A stretch of 64,000 nt of DNA from Felis catus (GCF_018350175.1 NC_058368.1:37264001-37328000), one strand, 5' to 3'. Shown: positions 1 through 12,908, numbered from the stretch's first letter. Numbers and translations: made by a program. Notes: generated by a model from the sequence alone, not told the origin.

Positions 1-146
1 ACCCCCACGCTGGCATATTAAATTGAGAATATGCAGATTATGACCTGCTGAATGAGAAGGCACAAGCCACCCGCACAGGCTCAGCAAATAGCTCCCTCAG
101 CCTCTGAGCTCTCACCTTAAGGAAGTAGAAACCCCAGGGTTGTTTT

Positions 147-362
147 TTGTTTGTTTGTTTGTTTTCCTTAATGCTTATTTATTTTGAGATAGAGACATTG
201 TGATCAGGAGGGGTAGGGAGAGTGGGAGACACAGAATCCGAAGCAGGCTCCAGACTCTGAGTTGTCAGTGCAAGGCCAGTGCGGGGCTTGAACCCACAAT
301 CTGTGAGATCATGACCTGAGCCTAAGTCGGTCAATCAACTGACTGAGCCACCCAGGAGCCCT
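147..362 (-). mobile_element. CanSINE (SINEC_Fc-type), older copy of a tandem pair
   Basis: Reverse complement of tRNA-derived head (GGCTCAGTC...AGGTCATGATCTC), (CT)n linker and A-rich tail; TSD ccagggttgtttt at 134-146 and 364-376. Confidence 0.93.
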
Positions 363-376
363 ACCAGGGTTGTTTT

Positions 377-597
377 TTTTATAATTTTTTTAAATGTTTT
401 TATTTATTTTTGAGACAGAGAGAGACAGAGCATGAGCAGGGGAGGGTCAGAGAGAGAGGGAGACATAGAATCTGAAGCAGGCTCCAGGCTCTGAGCTGTC
501 AGCACAGAGTCTGACGCGGGGCTTGAACTCATGGACTGTGAGATCATGACCTGAGCTGAAGTCGGACACTCAACCGACTGAGCCACCTGGGCGCCCC
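377..597 (-). mobile_element. CanSINE (SINEC_Fc-type), younger copy of a tandem pair
   Basis: Full SINE body; TSD accagggttgtttt at 363-376 and 601-614. Confidence 0.95.
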
Positions 598-2299
598 ATC
601 ACCAGGGTTGTTTTAATTGAAGACACAGTTTCAATACATTCACACAAAGGAAGTAAAGTCACATGATGTATTACTTATGAATCCCAGAAATGAGGTGATG
701 GGGTGCATGAGCTGGAGGAAGGTCAGTCCTGTTTCAGGTAGCCATTGGGCAAGAGATACAGAGCAAGCACCTATTATACCTAAGGTGATTGGGGCAGAGG
801 TCACTAACTTTCCTCAGGCAGTTCAACTGTAAGTGGTTATTCAAAACTGTGCCCCAGAAAAAGCAAAGGGGTAACGCGTGGCAGGAATCCTAAGCTAGGG
901 TGCTTTTCTAAACGTCTAGACTCTGGGTGTGAGCAGGGTTGTCATCTGTTATGATGCCTCGACAGCAACTCAGAACAGATGTTTTCTTATCACACTCGTC
1001 AATGGAAAAGCATCAAAAGATGTGCTGTGTAGATGCTCACACAAGATAATCTACAAAGATTGGTGAAAATGTGAAGGGAATAATAGTATAGACAATGGTT
1101 CTGTTATCTTCTGGGAGAAGACAATTGTAGGCATAAAAATACTTGCTTATGACTCCTTCAATACGTTTGCTTTCTCACTTATTCCAACTTGCCACAGTGA
1201 TATCAGGACATGAGCCTTACTGTTTATTTTCTTCATAAAAGTAAGAAGGAGATTATATCACAAAATTAAATAGTATCCTTCTTTCAGGAAGTACTAACAC
1301 GCATCCAGACACATGCTTAGCTTTTTCTTCTCAATTAAATGCTATTATTGGAAAGTTAATCTGATTTAAGTATCAGTTGATGGGCTTTAAACTCTTACCT
1401 ATGCTAAGGATAAGTGCAAGGTAATTGCAGATTCAACAGCATTTTAAAACAAATATAGAAGTAGTAAATAGCTTGAGCACATTTTAGAAAATCCAGAAAA
1501 TGCATATTCTCATCATTCTAAATGAGAGAACAAGCCCTCTCATTGCCTCTCGTGGAAGAGTGTCCATGTGGAAAAGAGCTGTTGGTCACAACAGGCTAGA
1601 AATAAGAGTCAGTTCTTCCTGGGAGATTGCAGAAGAGGCACACTGATACCCAAACTCCACCATTTTATCGTACGAGAAATTTTTTGCCATGTTCCTGGTA
1701 CCTACTTGGCAGTCCGTTTCTTACTGTTTAATCAGACCAGTTTAAATCTCAAGACATTAGACCTTGCTATGTCTTAACTACTATGATACAAAAGGAGCAC
1801 CAAAAGAAATCAATATTGCTGTAAATATTTCTCTCATATAATTTTGCTTTTTATAAAAATGTGTTGCGAAAATGGGAGAAAGAATGTGTAATCAATGCAA
1901 TATACTACACCTTCTTATAGGTCTTGTGTGTGCAAGGTTCTTTTTACTGAGTGGTGGAAGAGAGAATAAAACACAGTCCTTGGGAACTAATATCCTTCAG
2001 GAAATCTCAGAACAAGGGGATGATCTCCAGGACTCAGCAGGAACCTCCAAAACAACCCCAGAAAAATACAAGTTTTAGAAAAATAGAGACACCCGAATGG
2101 ACTCTAAAGTATGTATGTCTAGATAATGGCACATACTTGTTGAGATCTCCAAATTGTAGGATGAGAGGACAGGTGCTGAATGACACAGATGCTTAGCTTC
2201 TGTCCTTGATATCAGTGGGCAGTACCCCTTCCAAAACACAAAGAACTATGCTTTAAATTCTGGAACAGAACAGTTTGCATTTCAGTCACATGAGGTGCT

Positions 2300-2430
2300 T
2301 GTGGACATGAAGATTCGTGGACCTTGCACATTGAGTTAGAGTCTCCAGGAGCAGAGCTGTGGAATCTGCCTTTTAACAGCTCCTGGGGAGATTCTTCTCT
2401 ATGTTAAACTTGAGAACTTTTCTCCTAAAG
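2300..2430. mobile_element. MER5-like hAT-Charlie DNA transposon remnant
   Basis: ggaatctgccttttaacagctcc...gattctt...aacttgagaac resembles the MER5 3' part. Confidence 0.5.
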
Positions 2431-2772
2431 TGAGGTGGTCTGTAGGACTCTGGAAATAGAAAATGAGGAGATCTGGACTGCAGTATCAGTTCATGTAGTA
2501 ACTAGATACCCTGCAAGGCCAAATTCTGTGTTGTATTTGTCTTTGTGTTCCCATTATTGCTTGCAAAAAAAAAAAAAAATCAGTAATGTTTCTTGAGCTT
2601 AAGTTAATCAAACCAGTTAAATGATTTAATGTTTACATTGCAATTTCTTCATCTATAATTTGGCCATTCTGGATTAAGTGATTTTAACTCACCTTCTAGC
2701 TCTAACATTCGATGACTCTAGGTCTTTCTGTAGCGAAGGGTAGATTCAGCTTCAAATAAAACAGCTATCACC

Positions 2773-3133
2773 TGTCTTACTCTGTTTGGGCTCCTGTAAC
2801 AAAATATTAGGGACCAAGTGGCTTGTAAACAATAGAGATTTATTTCTAGAGACTAAAAGCCCACGATCAGGATGCCAACAGGCTCAGGTTCTGGGGAAAG
2901 CCTCTTCCAGGTTGCAGACTGCTCACTTCTTGCTGTGTTTTCACATGGTGGAAGGGGCAAAGGAGCTCTCCGGTGTCTCTTTTATGAGGGTGCTAATCTC
3001 AGTCATGAGGGCTCTCATTTTTCTGGCCTCATGACCTAATTGCCTCCCAAAGGCCCCACCTCCTCACACCATCATCTTAGGGGTTAGAGTTCAACATATG
3101 AATTTGGAGGAACACAAACATTCAGACCAGAGC
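2773..3133 (-). mobile_element. MLT1A-like MaLR solo LTR
   Basis: tgtcttactctgtttgggctcctgtaacaaa...ttcaacatatgaatttggaggaacacaaacattcagaccagagca matches the MLT1A/A0 pattern. Confidence 0.85.
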
Positions 3134-4605
3134 ATGCAGCTGTGAGGGCCCTGAATCTTTCCTTCTCCTGATAGGCAGTCTCTGGAGTTTGGGGACCTCA
3201 GGGGATTTGTGTTGGGCTCACAGCTGAGAAATCTAAAGACTAAGAGAACATGACCAGCTGGCTGATTTAAAGAGCAGCCAATAGGCATTAATTGAATTGA
3301 GGCTCACCTCACACATAGCTTGTAGTGAGGGAGAGAATGTCTCAGGGCTTCTGTGGGGATTGGTCAACTCCTATCTGAACAGTTCACCTAATGGTGCAAG
3401 GAGTCGTTAGCAGGAAAAAGTTAGAGATGGATCAGGTGGGGTTTTTTGTTTTTGTTTTTTTTGTATAAGAAAAGCAAAGCAAATTTAGACCCCTGTCAAG
3501 GCAAGAGTCACAAAGTTAAGTTGCCATGACAGCCCACGGCAAGTAAGACTTACCTGGCCCTTCCCACCACTTCAACTAGGGAGGCACCAATGGTGGGCTA
3601 GTGATGGAAGGCCGAAGAACACCTGTAGGCCCCATCCCATTCCGGACACCAGCCTGAAGGAGTCCCCAGCCAGAGTAGGAGACCAGATTTACCTTCACAC
3701 AGGGCTGGAAATTTTCACTGTTACATCAAAATAGATGTTTGAGTTACTAAATTTAGGGATAAAAGAGACTGGAGAACTTACGCTGGATTTCAAATAAGTA
3801 TAAAGGAAGAAAAAAAAAGCCTGACAGAGAGGGTTTGAGTAAGTAATGAAAGAAAACAATAAGATTAAAAAACTGAATTTTATTGTTTTGAAATATTTTT
3901 AAATGTTATATTATAGTTCCAAATTCTTGTATTTTGTTCTAACAATGAGCCTACAAGGATATGTTGAATATTAGCATATGAAAAGAATTCTTCTTGGTCT
4001 CTGGGTGATAAAAGATGTATATGACATTGCCCCCACCCTTAGTGAGATTCTCCTTTATATCTGGAGGATAATATGTTAGTAATTATACTTTAACATAAAT
4101 ATAACTCATATAAAGCTAAGTTACGAATTTTAACTCAAAAGATTTGGCAAGTTTTCATACAGCAAGGGCATTATCAAGGTTTCTCAGAGAATGGTAGTTT
4201 TTTCTTTAAACAGGAAAGCAAAAAATCACAGCTCCATGAAAATGGCAGTCTAGTAAAAATATAGGGTATTTAGAAAGAGAATTGGATAGTATGGAATTAG
4301 AGTATAGTGGAGAGAAGAATGTCAAAAAAAGTATCTTGGGAAGATATTTGTGAGTAAGAACACAAGAATTTTTAAATAAAAAAGGCTTGCACGGAACCTG
4401 TTGAAAGTAAAATGTAATTTTTGAGGTCAAAGTGAGAGAATATATGATTTTATGTGGTTGTGGACATTTGCATTTTGCAAAAATGCAGAATGTGCATTCT
4501 ATGAGCAAAATGTATACTATATTTATAAAGTCTAAACTATTAACTGAATTCTAAAAAATACTAGAATTCAAATGTCCCCATGTTTACTGTAAACGAATGC
4601 CAATG

Positions 4606-4834
4606 GGGGCACCTGGGTGGCTCAGTCAGTTAAGCATCTGACTTTCAGTTTCTGCTCAGGTCATGATCTCATGGTTCATGGGTTCGAGCCCCATGTTGGA
4701 CTCCATGCTGACAGTGCAGAACCTGCTTGGGACTCTCTCTCTTCCTCTCTCTCTCTCTCTCTCTGCCCCTCCCCTACACATACACTCACTCTCTCCCTCT
4801 CTCAAAATAAAAAAAAATAATAAACTTAAAAAAA
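4606..4834 (+). mobile_element. CanSINE
   Basis: GGGGCACCTGGGTGGCTCAGTCAGTTAAGC head, (CT)n, A tail; TSD taaac(g/a)aatgcca at 4590-4602 and 4835-4847. Confidence 0.95.
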
Positions 4835-5045
4835 TAAACAAATGCCACTGAAATGCTGGTCCCTTTTGGAAAGAGTATTATAAATGAAAGGGAATTATTA
4901 ATTATCTTTGGAACCAAATTGTTGGCCATCTGTGTAAGGAAAATTGAATCTAAGAGCTGTATTTCAAGAAAAACTTTATGAGACTGGAGATTCAGAGAAG
5001 CAAAAAATAGAGTATTTTGAGTGATAGTCTATCAGGAGAGACTCA

Positions 5046-5421
5046 TGTTGACCAAAAAACAAAAGAGCCAGTTATTTTACCAGCAAAATTAGTTCATTCA
5101 GGCATAGCAGAGGAATTGCAATTTGGGACAAGAAAACTATGGTGAACCATAGGCCAGTGTGAGAGAACAGAGGAGAGAAGCTTGCTTTTCTAGGGGAAAG
5201 GGGGAAGCTGGGAGAGGCTTTTTCACTGAGTTCTCATTGGCTGAGCTGTTGCTGGGCAAGAAGAAATTCTTCCTTCTTCCTGCTGGGGTGTGTAAAGTAA
5301 GCCTCTTCCCGTTGGGGAACATGAGGTGTGTTTCATAACGTGAACAATACCTGTGTGAGAGCTCCCCCTTCAGAGCATCCCAGCTCCATTTTAAATGAGG
5401 TTTCCTTGATTTGTGTTAACA
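5046..5421 (-). mobile_element. Solo ERV1-class LTR (probably carnivore lineage)
   Basis: TGTTGAC...GTTAACA termini; 4-bp TSD ctca/ctaa; shares blocks (ttcagg.atagcagag.aattgcaatt; ctccattttaaatga) with 7475-7965. Confidence 0.75.
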
Positions 5422-5794
5422 CTAAATAGGTTAGAAATGTTTAGTCTGGAAATTTAAAAAGTTTAAAAAAATGAAAAGTGGAAAAAAAAAAAAGTAAATG
5501 ATAGCAACGCCCATTAGGAGCAACCCCCTGTGTGGCATTCCTGTTATATATGAGTGAACACTTAAGATGAACACTGATAACGGATAAAGGCAATGAAAAT
5601 ATTGCAAAACGTTGTCATGCAAATGGTTATGAACTCTTATGTTTAATACCATGTGATAGAGGCATAAAAGAAGATTTGTTGGGAAATAATTTACTAGTGG
5701 AGAAGCAGCAAGCAAACCACACTCGAGTCCCAAAGCTTTTCATATGGCATCACTATACGGGGCGGAGGTGGGCTGCATGCATGGTGACTGGGTC

Positions 5795-5808
5795 CCAGTA
5801 GAGGGCGC
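5795..5808 (+). promoter_or_regulatory. Candidate CTCF site with a nearby GC box
   Basis: CCAGTAGAGGGCGC matches the CTCF core CCASYAGRKGGCRC; GGGGCGGAG at 5759-5767; local CpG retention. Confidence 0.6.
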
Positions 5809-5994
5809 GCTGGCCCATAAGGATCTCTACATTTATAGGTGTAGAACACAGGAGCACCTTTCTGGTCCTGGAAGTGGTCTTTTAGAAAGGGAGGGCTCCA
5901 GAGGTAACAGTCCAAATAGAGGCAGACAGTCAAAGTAGAGTATTCTCTGAAACTGGACATCTTTGAGTTTTATCTTCATTTTGCTATCATAGAC

Positions 5995-6125
5995 AAATGG
6001 CTTCACATTCCTCAAGCTCATGTTTCTCATCTGTACAGTAGGTTGGTATAACCTCTGACAATACATGCTATTAAAGTATAATGCAATGTATATAAAATGC
6101 ATGGCAGTGGTGAACACTCACTAAA
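5995..6125 (+). mobile_element. MIR remnant
   Basis: ctcatgtttctcatctgtacagtagg...gcagtggtgaacactcactaaatg resembles the MIR core and tail. Confidence 0.5.
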
Positions 6126-7474
6126 TGAAAGATTTTATTAACATGACATGTCCTCGAAATAGATTTTCCTAGTATATAAAAACTAGGGGATACTTTATAA
6201 CACTTGAAATATGTAAACTTAAAAACTGAGAATGATATTCACCTACTAGGTGGAATAAGTTGAAAATGTAGTTCCCCAAAATTACATTGGTTCACAGAGA
6301 AGAGATTCATGGTGGGTTCATAACAAAATGCAAAAACCAAAAAACAAAAAACAAAATCCACACATCTTTCCATGCTTAACTATTATTAAAAATCTTTTGG
6401 TGGTCCTCTGGAGCACATCCTTTTTATAGGAGCATGTAACAGAAAATATCACACCATTTCTCCTTTTGTGTTTGTATAAGTACAGTAAAATATGGGATCA
6501 CCACCTCAATGAAAAAGTGAAAGTTATTGTTCCTCTGGCCCCTTCCCCCACCTCCATTCTCAGTAATCACTCTGGATAAATTTTGGTAGACATTTATCTC
6601 AACCAAACTTGAAATGTAGCTTTAAAGACCCTACAGTGAGTTGTTATTTGAATATAAAAACTTTCCTCTCATGAGGCGGGTGCTAAAATGTGTAGTGTTG
6701 AGGTTTCAGGTATGGTATAGAAATTTGTTAAGATTTAAATAAATGTTTTCATTTCAGTGACACTAATGGCTTCCTATTCAAGGTATGAATGCATTTGGGG
6801 ATTCCTGCTGCAGTTCATAAACTACTCAAGTGCTGTGGCCATCTTCTGAATTATGGTATTGCAGTCATTTGATGATCATCTATTATCCTATATATCATAA
6901 TCTTCCATTTCTAGGCTTTGAGTGCATAATTGAAATAATATGTTGGTGTTATATTATTAGAAATACGAATCTATAAGTTATGTTCTCTCTCAGAGTTTAG
7001 AGAAAATTTATTAGTATATGTCTCACTAAACTGATGGAATTCATAAATACAGCTTACATAAATATCAGTTTTAAAGCTATGAATTTTTTTAGTATGGCTT
7101 CCCCAACTCATTTTTATCATCTGATTTTTAGGAAATGTCTTTTTTTCAAGGATTAAATAACTGAGCTGTGAAATTAGTTGTTGTTGACTATATATATCAG
7201 ATGAAAGTAGAATGGTGGGGGGAGTGAAAGTAACTCTTCTTTGAGACTTCAGTGAGCCAAGTTCCTGGGAAATGCTTAGTGAGAAACAATAAATTAAAAT
7301 GAGTTGAAGGAAGTGTCTTTTATGCAGCTCATAATTAACCCTTGGAGCCCTGCCATAATATATTATGAAGGCAAATAACTTAGCAAGATTCAACAAGAAA
7401 TTAGATACTATATCTGAGTCACAATGTCACTTGCAGTTAATCTGCCTCTAATAAAAATTATAGAGGTTATCAAT

Positions 7475-7965
7475 TGTTAACTTTAAACAGAGCAAAGAGC
7501 AATTGTATTTAAGGAAAAAACAAAAACAAAAACAAAAAAAAACAAAAAACAAAAAACAATGAGTTTATTCAGGAATAGCAGAGAAATTGCAATTCCGGAC
7601 AAGAAAGATATAGTGAACCACAGGCAAATTCGAAGAGACAAAGGGAAGGTCAAGTTTAATTAGGTTTTAGGAAGAAATTGGAACAAGTTGTTTTGAACAA
7701 AAGTTTATGGCAGAAGAACAAGAGTTCTAGGTTGTGGCTAAGATTCATTGGTGGTTAGTGCACTGTTCCTGGGTCAGGGAGGGATCTCCCTTTTCTTAAA
7801 AGCAGAAGATAAAATTCCTGGGTGCAAAATGTCCTCCCTTGTCAGAACAATTCTTATTTGCCTTCTTCCTGCTGGTTATACAGTCTGCAGAGAGGTACCT
7901 GTGTGAGAGTGCCCCCTCTAGGACTTCCCGACTCCATTTTAAATGAAGCTCCCTCCACTTTCACA
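7475..7965 (-). mobile_element. Solo ERV1-class LTR, related to 5046-5421
   Basis: TGTTAA...TTCACA termini; TSD caat/cgat (one CpG-type transition); tttatt gives a poly(A) signal on the minus strand. Confidence 0.75.
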
Positions 7966-8189
7966 CGATGATTATTATGCTTTTATTTTAAATGATCACA
8001 CTAGAGCCAGAACAACAGCATTGTGATATAGCACCAGAAGCTGAGCTAAGTCTTTCGGAGGTTGAGTAGATCATGCTATCACCAAGGTTTTAGTTCTTAC
8101 AAATTTCATTCTTCCAAAGTATAGGTAGTGATGTGAAAACAAAAACAAAAACACAAAAAATGATTAAGTATGGTATGTTTTTTTCTTCT

Positions 8190-8468
8190 AAAATTTTTTT
8201 CTAATGTTCATTTATTTTTGAGAGAGAGAAAGAGATAGAGTATGATTAGGGGAGGGGCAGAGAGAGAAGGAGACACATTATTTTTGAGAGAGAGAGAGAC
8301 ACAGTGTGAGCAGGGGAGGGGCAGAGGGAGAGGGAGACACAGAATCCGAAGCAGGCTTCAGGCTCCAAGCTGTCAGCACAGAGCCCGATGTGGGACTTGA
8401 ACCCACAAACCATGAGATCAGGACCTGAGCTGAAGTCCATCGCTTAACTGAGCCACCCAGGTGCCCCT
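8190..8468 (-). mobile_element. CanSINE with a duplicated 3' segment
   Basis: SINE body; the ttatttttgagagagag...ggggaggggcagag...ggagacac unit occurs twice. Confidence 0.92.
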
Positions 8469-9201
8469 ATTTTTTTTCTTTCTAGATCAAAACATCAGAT
8501 CCCTCACCTTACTCCTACACTCATTCGTATTTTTAATTACAATGCCAGTATTTTCACCATGCCCCTCAATTCTGGATAGTGAAGACAATGAATAGCAAAG
8601 ATTAAAAGATTCTCTGAATTGTTGTCAGTGTTGACTTGGATGTTTTCCTATTATCATTTCAGATGATGGGTTAGGTAGTGGATGGGAGTCTTTTTAACTC
8701 AGCCAGTTAAGTCTGTTAGGGTGGACATTTCCATGCTCAGGAGATTAATCCCCTGTGGGAAAATGAGCTATGCAAAACCTCCACAAAATAAAGTAGATCA
8801 TGACTTGTGAAGGGTTAAATTCAATCAGGATTTACCCACACTTAAAATTAGACATTCCTTTGAGATGTAGGTATGAAGAAAATCTGAGCATTTTATATTA
8901 TCCAAAGTTAGAAAAGGAAGTTGGGACTCCCTGCTATCTCTAGTCTGTCCTAGTGGTATTGGCTCACATTTTCAGTATTTTATATTCATTTCAGTATGTG
9001 ACTTGCCATGTGGTTTTACTTATGACAAGAAAGAGAAGGCAATGGAGTAGGAAAAATCAAAACACAGCAGAAAACTGGCGAAATGAGAAACTGTCAGTTT
9101 GTGTCATTTGAATACTACGTCTCCAATTTGGAATCAGTTCCACCTGTATCAGCTTGGCCATTGGTTTCTATTAGTCAAGAAAAAGATCAATCTGTTTAAT
9201 A

Positions 9202-9230
9202 ATTTATTTTTAATTTTTTTAATGTTTATT

Positions 9231-9272
<42 letters not shown>

Positions 9273-9432
9273 TGGGGGGGGGGAGGGGCAAAGAGAGATG
9301 GGGACAGAGGATCCGAAGCAGGCTCTGCACTGAGGGCAGAAAGCCTGATGTGGGGCTCAAACTCACAAGCCCTGAGATGCCTGACCTGAGCTCAAGTAGA
9401 TGCTTGACTGACTAAGCGCCCCCAGGCACCCC
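9202..9432 (-). mobile_element. CanSINE with expanded (AG)n
   Basis: SINE body plus (AG)n at about 9233-9270. Confidence 0.92.
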
Positions 9433-9744
9433 AGGAAAAATCCCATGTTTAGAGTTATTATTAAACTCATCGTTACTATCCTACTTAAAGAAATGAGCTA
9501 TGAAAAAGCTAGATATTTTTGTCAGAATGAATTTGATATCAAGATATGAACAAACATCAACAGGATTTTTAAAAATTAGTATTTGGAAGAGCCGTTTTTG
9601 TTGAAATTAAGCTACTTATTTTCTGCTATGTGTGTCTGAAGACTTCTGATCATTGAATGTAACATAAAAGACTGGCATGGCTATACAAAGAGGAAGTGAA
9701 GCCTCCTTTCATCAAGCCATAAATGAGATGATTCTAGTAATAAC

Positions 9745-10163
9745 CGATGAGGTTTTGGAGTGATGGGGGTCCAGAGCAGATGGTTAAGAAAGAATTCTTG
9801 AGACACCTTTGGTGCAAAAAAGGAGATTTTATTAAAGCATGGGACAGGACCCGTGGGCAGGAAGAGCTGCCCGGGACTTTGAGGAGGGGCTGATTATATA
9901 CTTGAGAGTTGGGGGAGGTAAAGTCCAGGGGAAGTTTCCAGTGAGATTTCCATATGCTAAAGACAACTCTCCTGGATACTGGAGGCCAAGCTATTATCAA
10001 GCTAAGGTTGTTTTTCCCTCTAGCAAAGCATTAACATTAAGACAGTAGGGAGTCCCTGGAGACATGTTTTACTCTGCCTGCCTCAAGTATTTGTCAATGG
10101 CTGCAGGTTATAAGGAAATTTAATTTTATCTGCCATTTCCTTCTGCCTCTGTTTCCCACATCA
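9745..10163 (-). mobile_element. Solo ERV LTR (probably carnivore lineage)
   Basis: (C/T)GATG...CATCA termini; exact TSD ATAAC at 9740-9744 and 10164-10168; homologous to 11745-12492. Confidence 0.85.
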
Positions 10164-10868
10164 ATAACTTTGAATATTTTATAGTACAATCCTCAAAGTG
10201 TTTTCACTCTGCTAGAATAACACAAATCATCTCAATTGTTGATCTTCTGAAAGACAGTACAGTTGCAATATTCTGTATTACAGTGTTCTGTATATGAGCA
10301 GATCAGTTTGGTCCCATATTTAATTGGCAGAGTTATTAATATCCATACTTTGTATATATAATTTATTTGAAGGTTTAGTTTCTCATCTGTTCCAGTGATC
10401 ACAGTTGTAGTCAAGCCTACTTTCTGGCTACATCACTTATTATTAAACTATAATTTTAGTTACCTTATTTTCATGAAAAACTGCACCAATATATTATGAA
10501 TATATTAATGTATATAAAATATAAATGTATTGATGCAGACATTGTCAACAACCACATTTTTCTTCATTATAAATTTTCAATTTAGAAACAACCTGCCATT
10601 TTTCCCCAGGTAGGAGCGCAAATACAGGCAATTTGGGGGCATATGAATGCTTTTATTTTAGTATTATAGAAAAGCAATACTGACTAGAATTACTGTGATG
10701 TTCTCAGAATTTTCATGTATACTTAGCAAGTTTACTATTAACTACATTTTGTTTCTTTATCCCTATTTGGAAATTATGATGGTAGGCAAGTATTTTGGTT
10801 TTTTGTGTGTGTGTGTGTTTTGTTTGTTTTGTTTTTAAGTAGAGAAGAAAAGGACAGGACAGCTGAAG

Positions 10869-11376
10869 TGTAAGTGCCTGACAGTTTTGGTGGTTGTTTT
10901 TTTTAATTGCAATGCAAGTGCCTGACTTAAGTTTTTGACTGCAAAGGCACCCACTTCAAAGACCAGTATCTTGAATAAACACATCGCCAGCCAAAGACTA
11001 GCTGAAGAGCCAGGCCACTCCACCCCTGATGTTTCCTTTGTTTTAGAGATGCCTGGTTGACCTCATAACTGCCCTTTCTGACTTCTGTTGTTTTTTTTCT
11101 TTTCCTTCTGTGCTTTAATTCTCATTCTTATGTTTTAAATTCACCAATAAAAGTGAACCTGAGAAACCCTAGCCCCCACCCCAACGCAATCAAAGCAGAA
11201 CCCCAGGCCAGCACTCTCTCTACCTGTGACCTCACTCTATGGCCCCAGGCATGCTGTGTTCCCTCCAGGACTTATGAGTAATAAACCTTGTCTTCCAAAG
11301 TTTCTTCATGTAACATTATTGCTTAGCACGTCTTGCAATCATAATAAGAGCCATAAGGGCTGGTCCAGCCACAACT
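10869..11376 (+). mobile_element. Solo ERV LTR (approximate ends)
   Basis: TG start, CCAAT, gagtAATAAAccttg poly(A) signal at about 11280 and a U5-like end; LTR-like layout. Confidence 0.6.
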
Positions 11377-11744
11377 TGGAATTGAAAGGAGAGAAGTCTG
11401 CAAGAAGCTGGCCTGGCTCAGGTGAGTGCCCCCAGGCTTTTCTAGCCGATAACATCTCTATTGATAAGCTGACACCAGCCCAAAATAACAGCACACCTTT
11501 TAAATCAGTTGAGTTCAAATTTATGAGTCTTGCTTATAGGGCCTTCCAGATAAAGAAACAAAGCCGAAGGACAAAAAGGGAGCCTATATTATGGGTGAGA
11601 AATGTTGCCAGATACTTTATATTCACATGTATTTGTACATTTAAGGCTCACATAAACTCTACTCAAAGTTTGCCTCATTTACATCATCTGGAAAATTGAG
11701 ATATTGAAGTTACATCTTTAGTTAGAGGGAAGGGTTTTCAGATC

Positions 11745-12492
11745 TGGTGGGGTTTTGGGGTGATGGGGGGGTTTGGAGCTGATGGCCAAGAAAGAATTCT
11801 TGAAGACATCTTTGGTGCAAAAAGTTGATTTTATTAAAGTGTGGCTACGGGACCCATGGGCAGAAAGAGCTGTGCTGGGGTTGTGCCAGGTAACTGATGA
11901 TACACCTTCAGGTTGGGACAGGGTTAGGGACAGTATAAGTCTCTAAGGTATTTTGAAAGCAAGGTTTCCAGGACCTGGAAGGGCCAGCTGCTGTTAGGAA
12001 AACACCATTTATTACCATTTAGTAAAACCTCAGTCATGAGACCCTTCAGATGTATATCAGGGGGCCATAAACTTGGAGTATGATTGCCAGCATATATCTT
12101 GGGGGAGTTGAGATAAAGGGAGTCTCCAAAGGAATTTTTGTATGTTAAAGTAGCCTTATAGGATCCTGGGGTGGGGGGTGGAGGGTCAGGATAATGTTAA
12201 ACCAAAATTCCCTTTTGACCCTAGCAAAGAATCATCATCAAGGCAGCTGAGCTCCTAGAGGAAGGTCACTCTGCCTGTTTCAAAGACTTGTCAGTGGGTT
12301 GTAGACTGTAAGGGAATTTAAATTTTCATTTGCCTTGGTTTCCCACATCACAATGGCAAGCACTTAAACTCCTTTCCTTTGTTCTTGGGTAGCCAGGTGT
12401 GTGGGAGGAAAATCACACATATCCCACCCTGGGGATGGGGAGATGATGTTAGCCTGTACTTTGCCTTCAGCTTGCCCCATGCTCCCTCACCA
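11745..12492 (-). mobile_element. Solo ERV1-class LTR, long variant
   Basis: TGGTG...CACCA terminal inverted repeats; exact 4-bp TSD GATC at 11741-11744 and 12493-12496. Confidence 0.88.
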
Positions 12493-12619
12493 GATCCACA
12501 CCGAGGCATTATCTTCTCCATTCTTTAAGATGCCTAGAGAGTCATGTAATAATTCAGAGCATAGCCTACGGTTCATATCCACTGGGTTTACTGAACCCAG
12601 TATTGCTCCTCACCAACTT

Positions 12620-12800
12620 CCATGATCTTGAGCAAAACGCTCAACTTTCTTAGGTTGTTTTCTAATTTTTCAGGCATAAAGAAGAGAGTAATCATAGAAC
12701 CTGCCTCATTCCACATGATGGATGCTGTGGGGTTAAATAAAGCAACACATGTAAAGCACTGAGCACTTTCCCTGGTACATCAAACCTAGATTCTTATCAA
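12620..12800 (+). mobile_element. MIR remnant
   Basis: gatcttgagcaa...cacatgtaaagcactgagcac...cctggtacat MIR motifs. Confidence 0.6.
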
Positions 12801-12908
12801 TCATTATTGACTATCATTTACATTTGCAAGTGCTCGAATATATCATTGCTCAGTCTAAAAGATTTCAAAGCAGAGCACACTGGCAAACCTAGCTAAGACA
12901 GTCTCTTT

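Noticed and set aside
404..586. Recurrent MAQSV... ORFs (also 4617, 16605, 41138 and others) and tRNA-like heads
   Set aside because: Translations of CanSINE bodies; the heads are tRNA-derived SINE promoters, not tRNA genes
6971..7396. 141-aa minus-strand ORF
   Set aside because: Non-ATG start, AT-rich random-like composition, no domain or splice support
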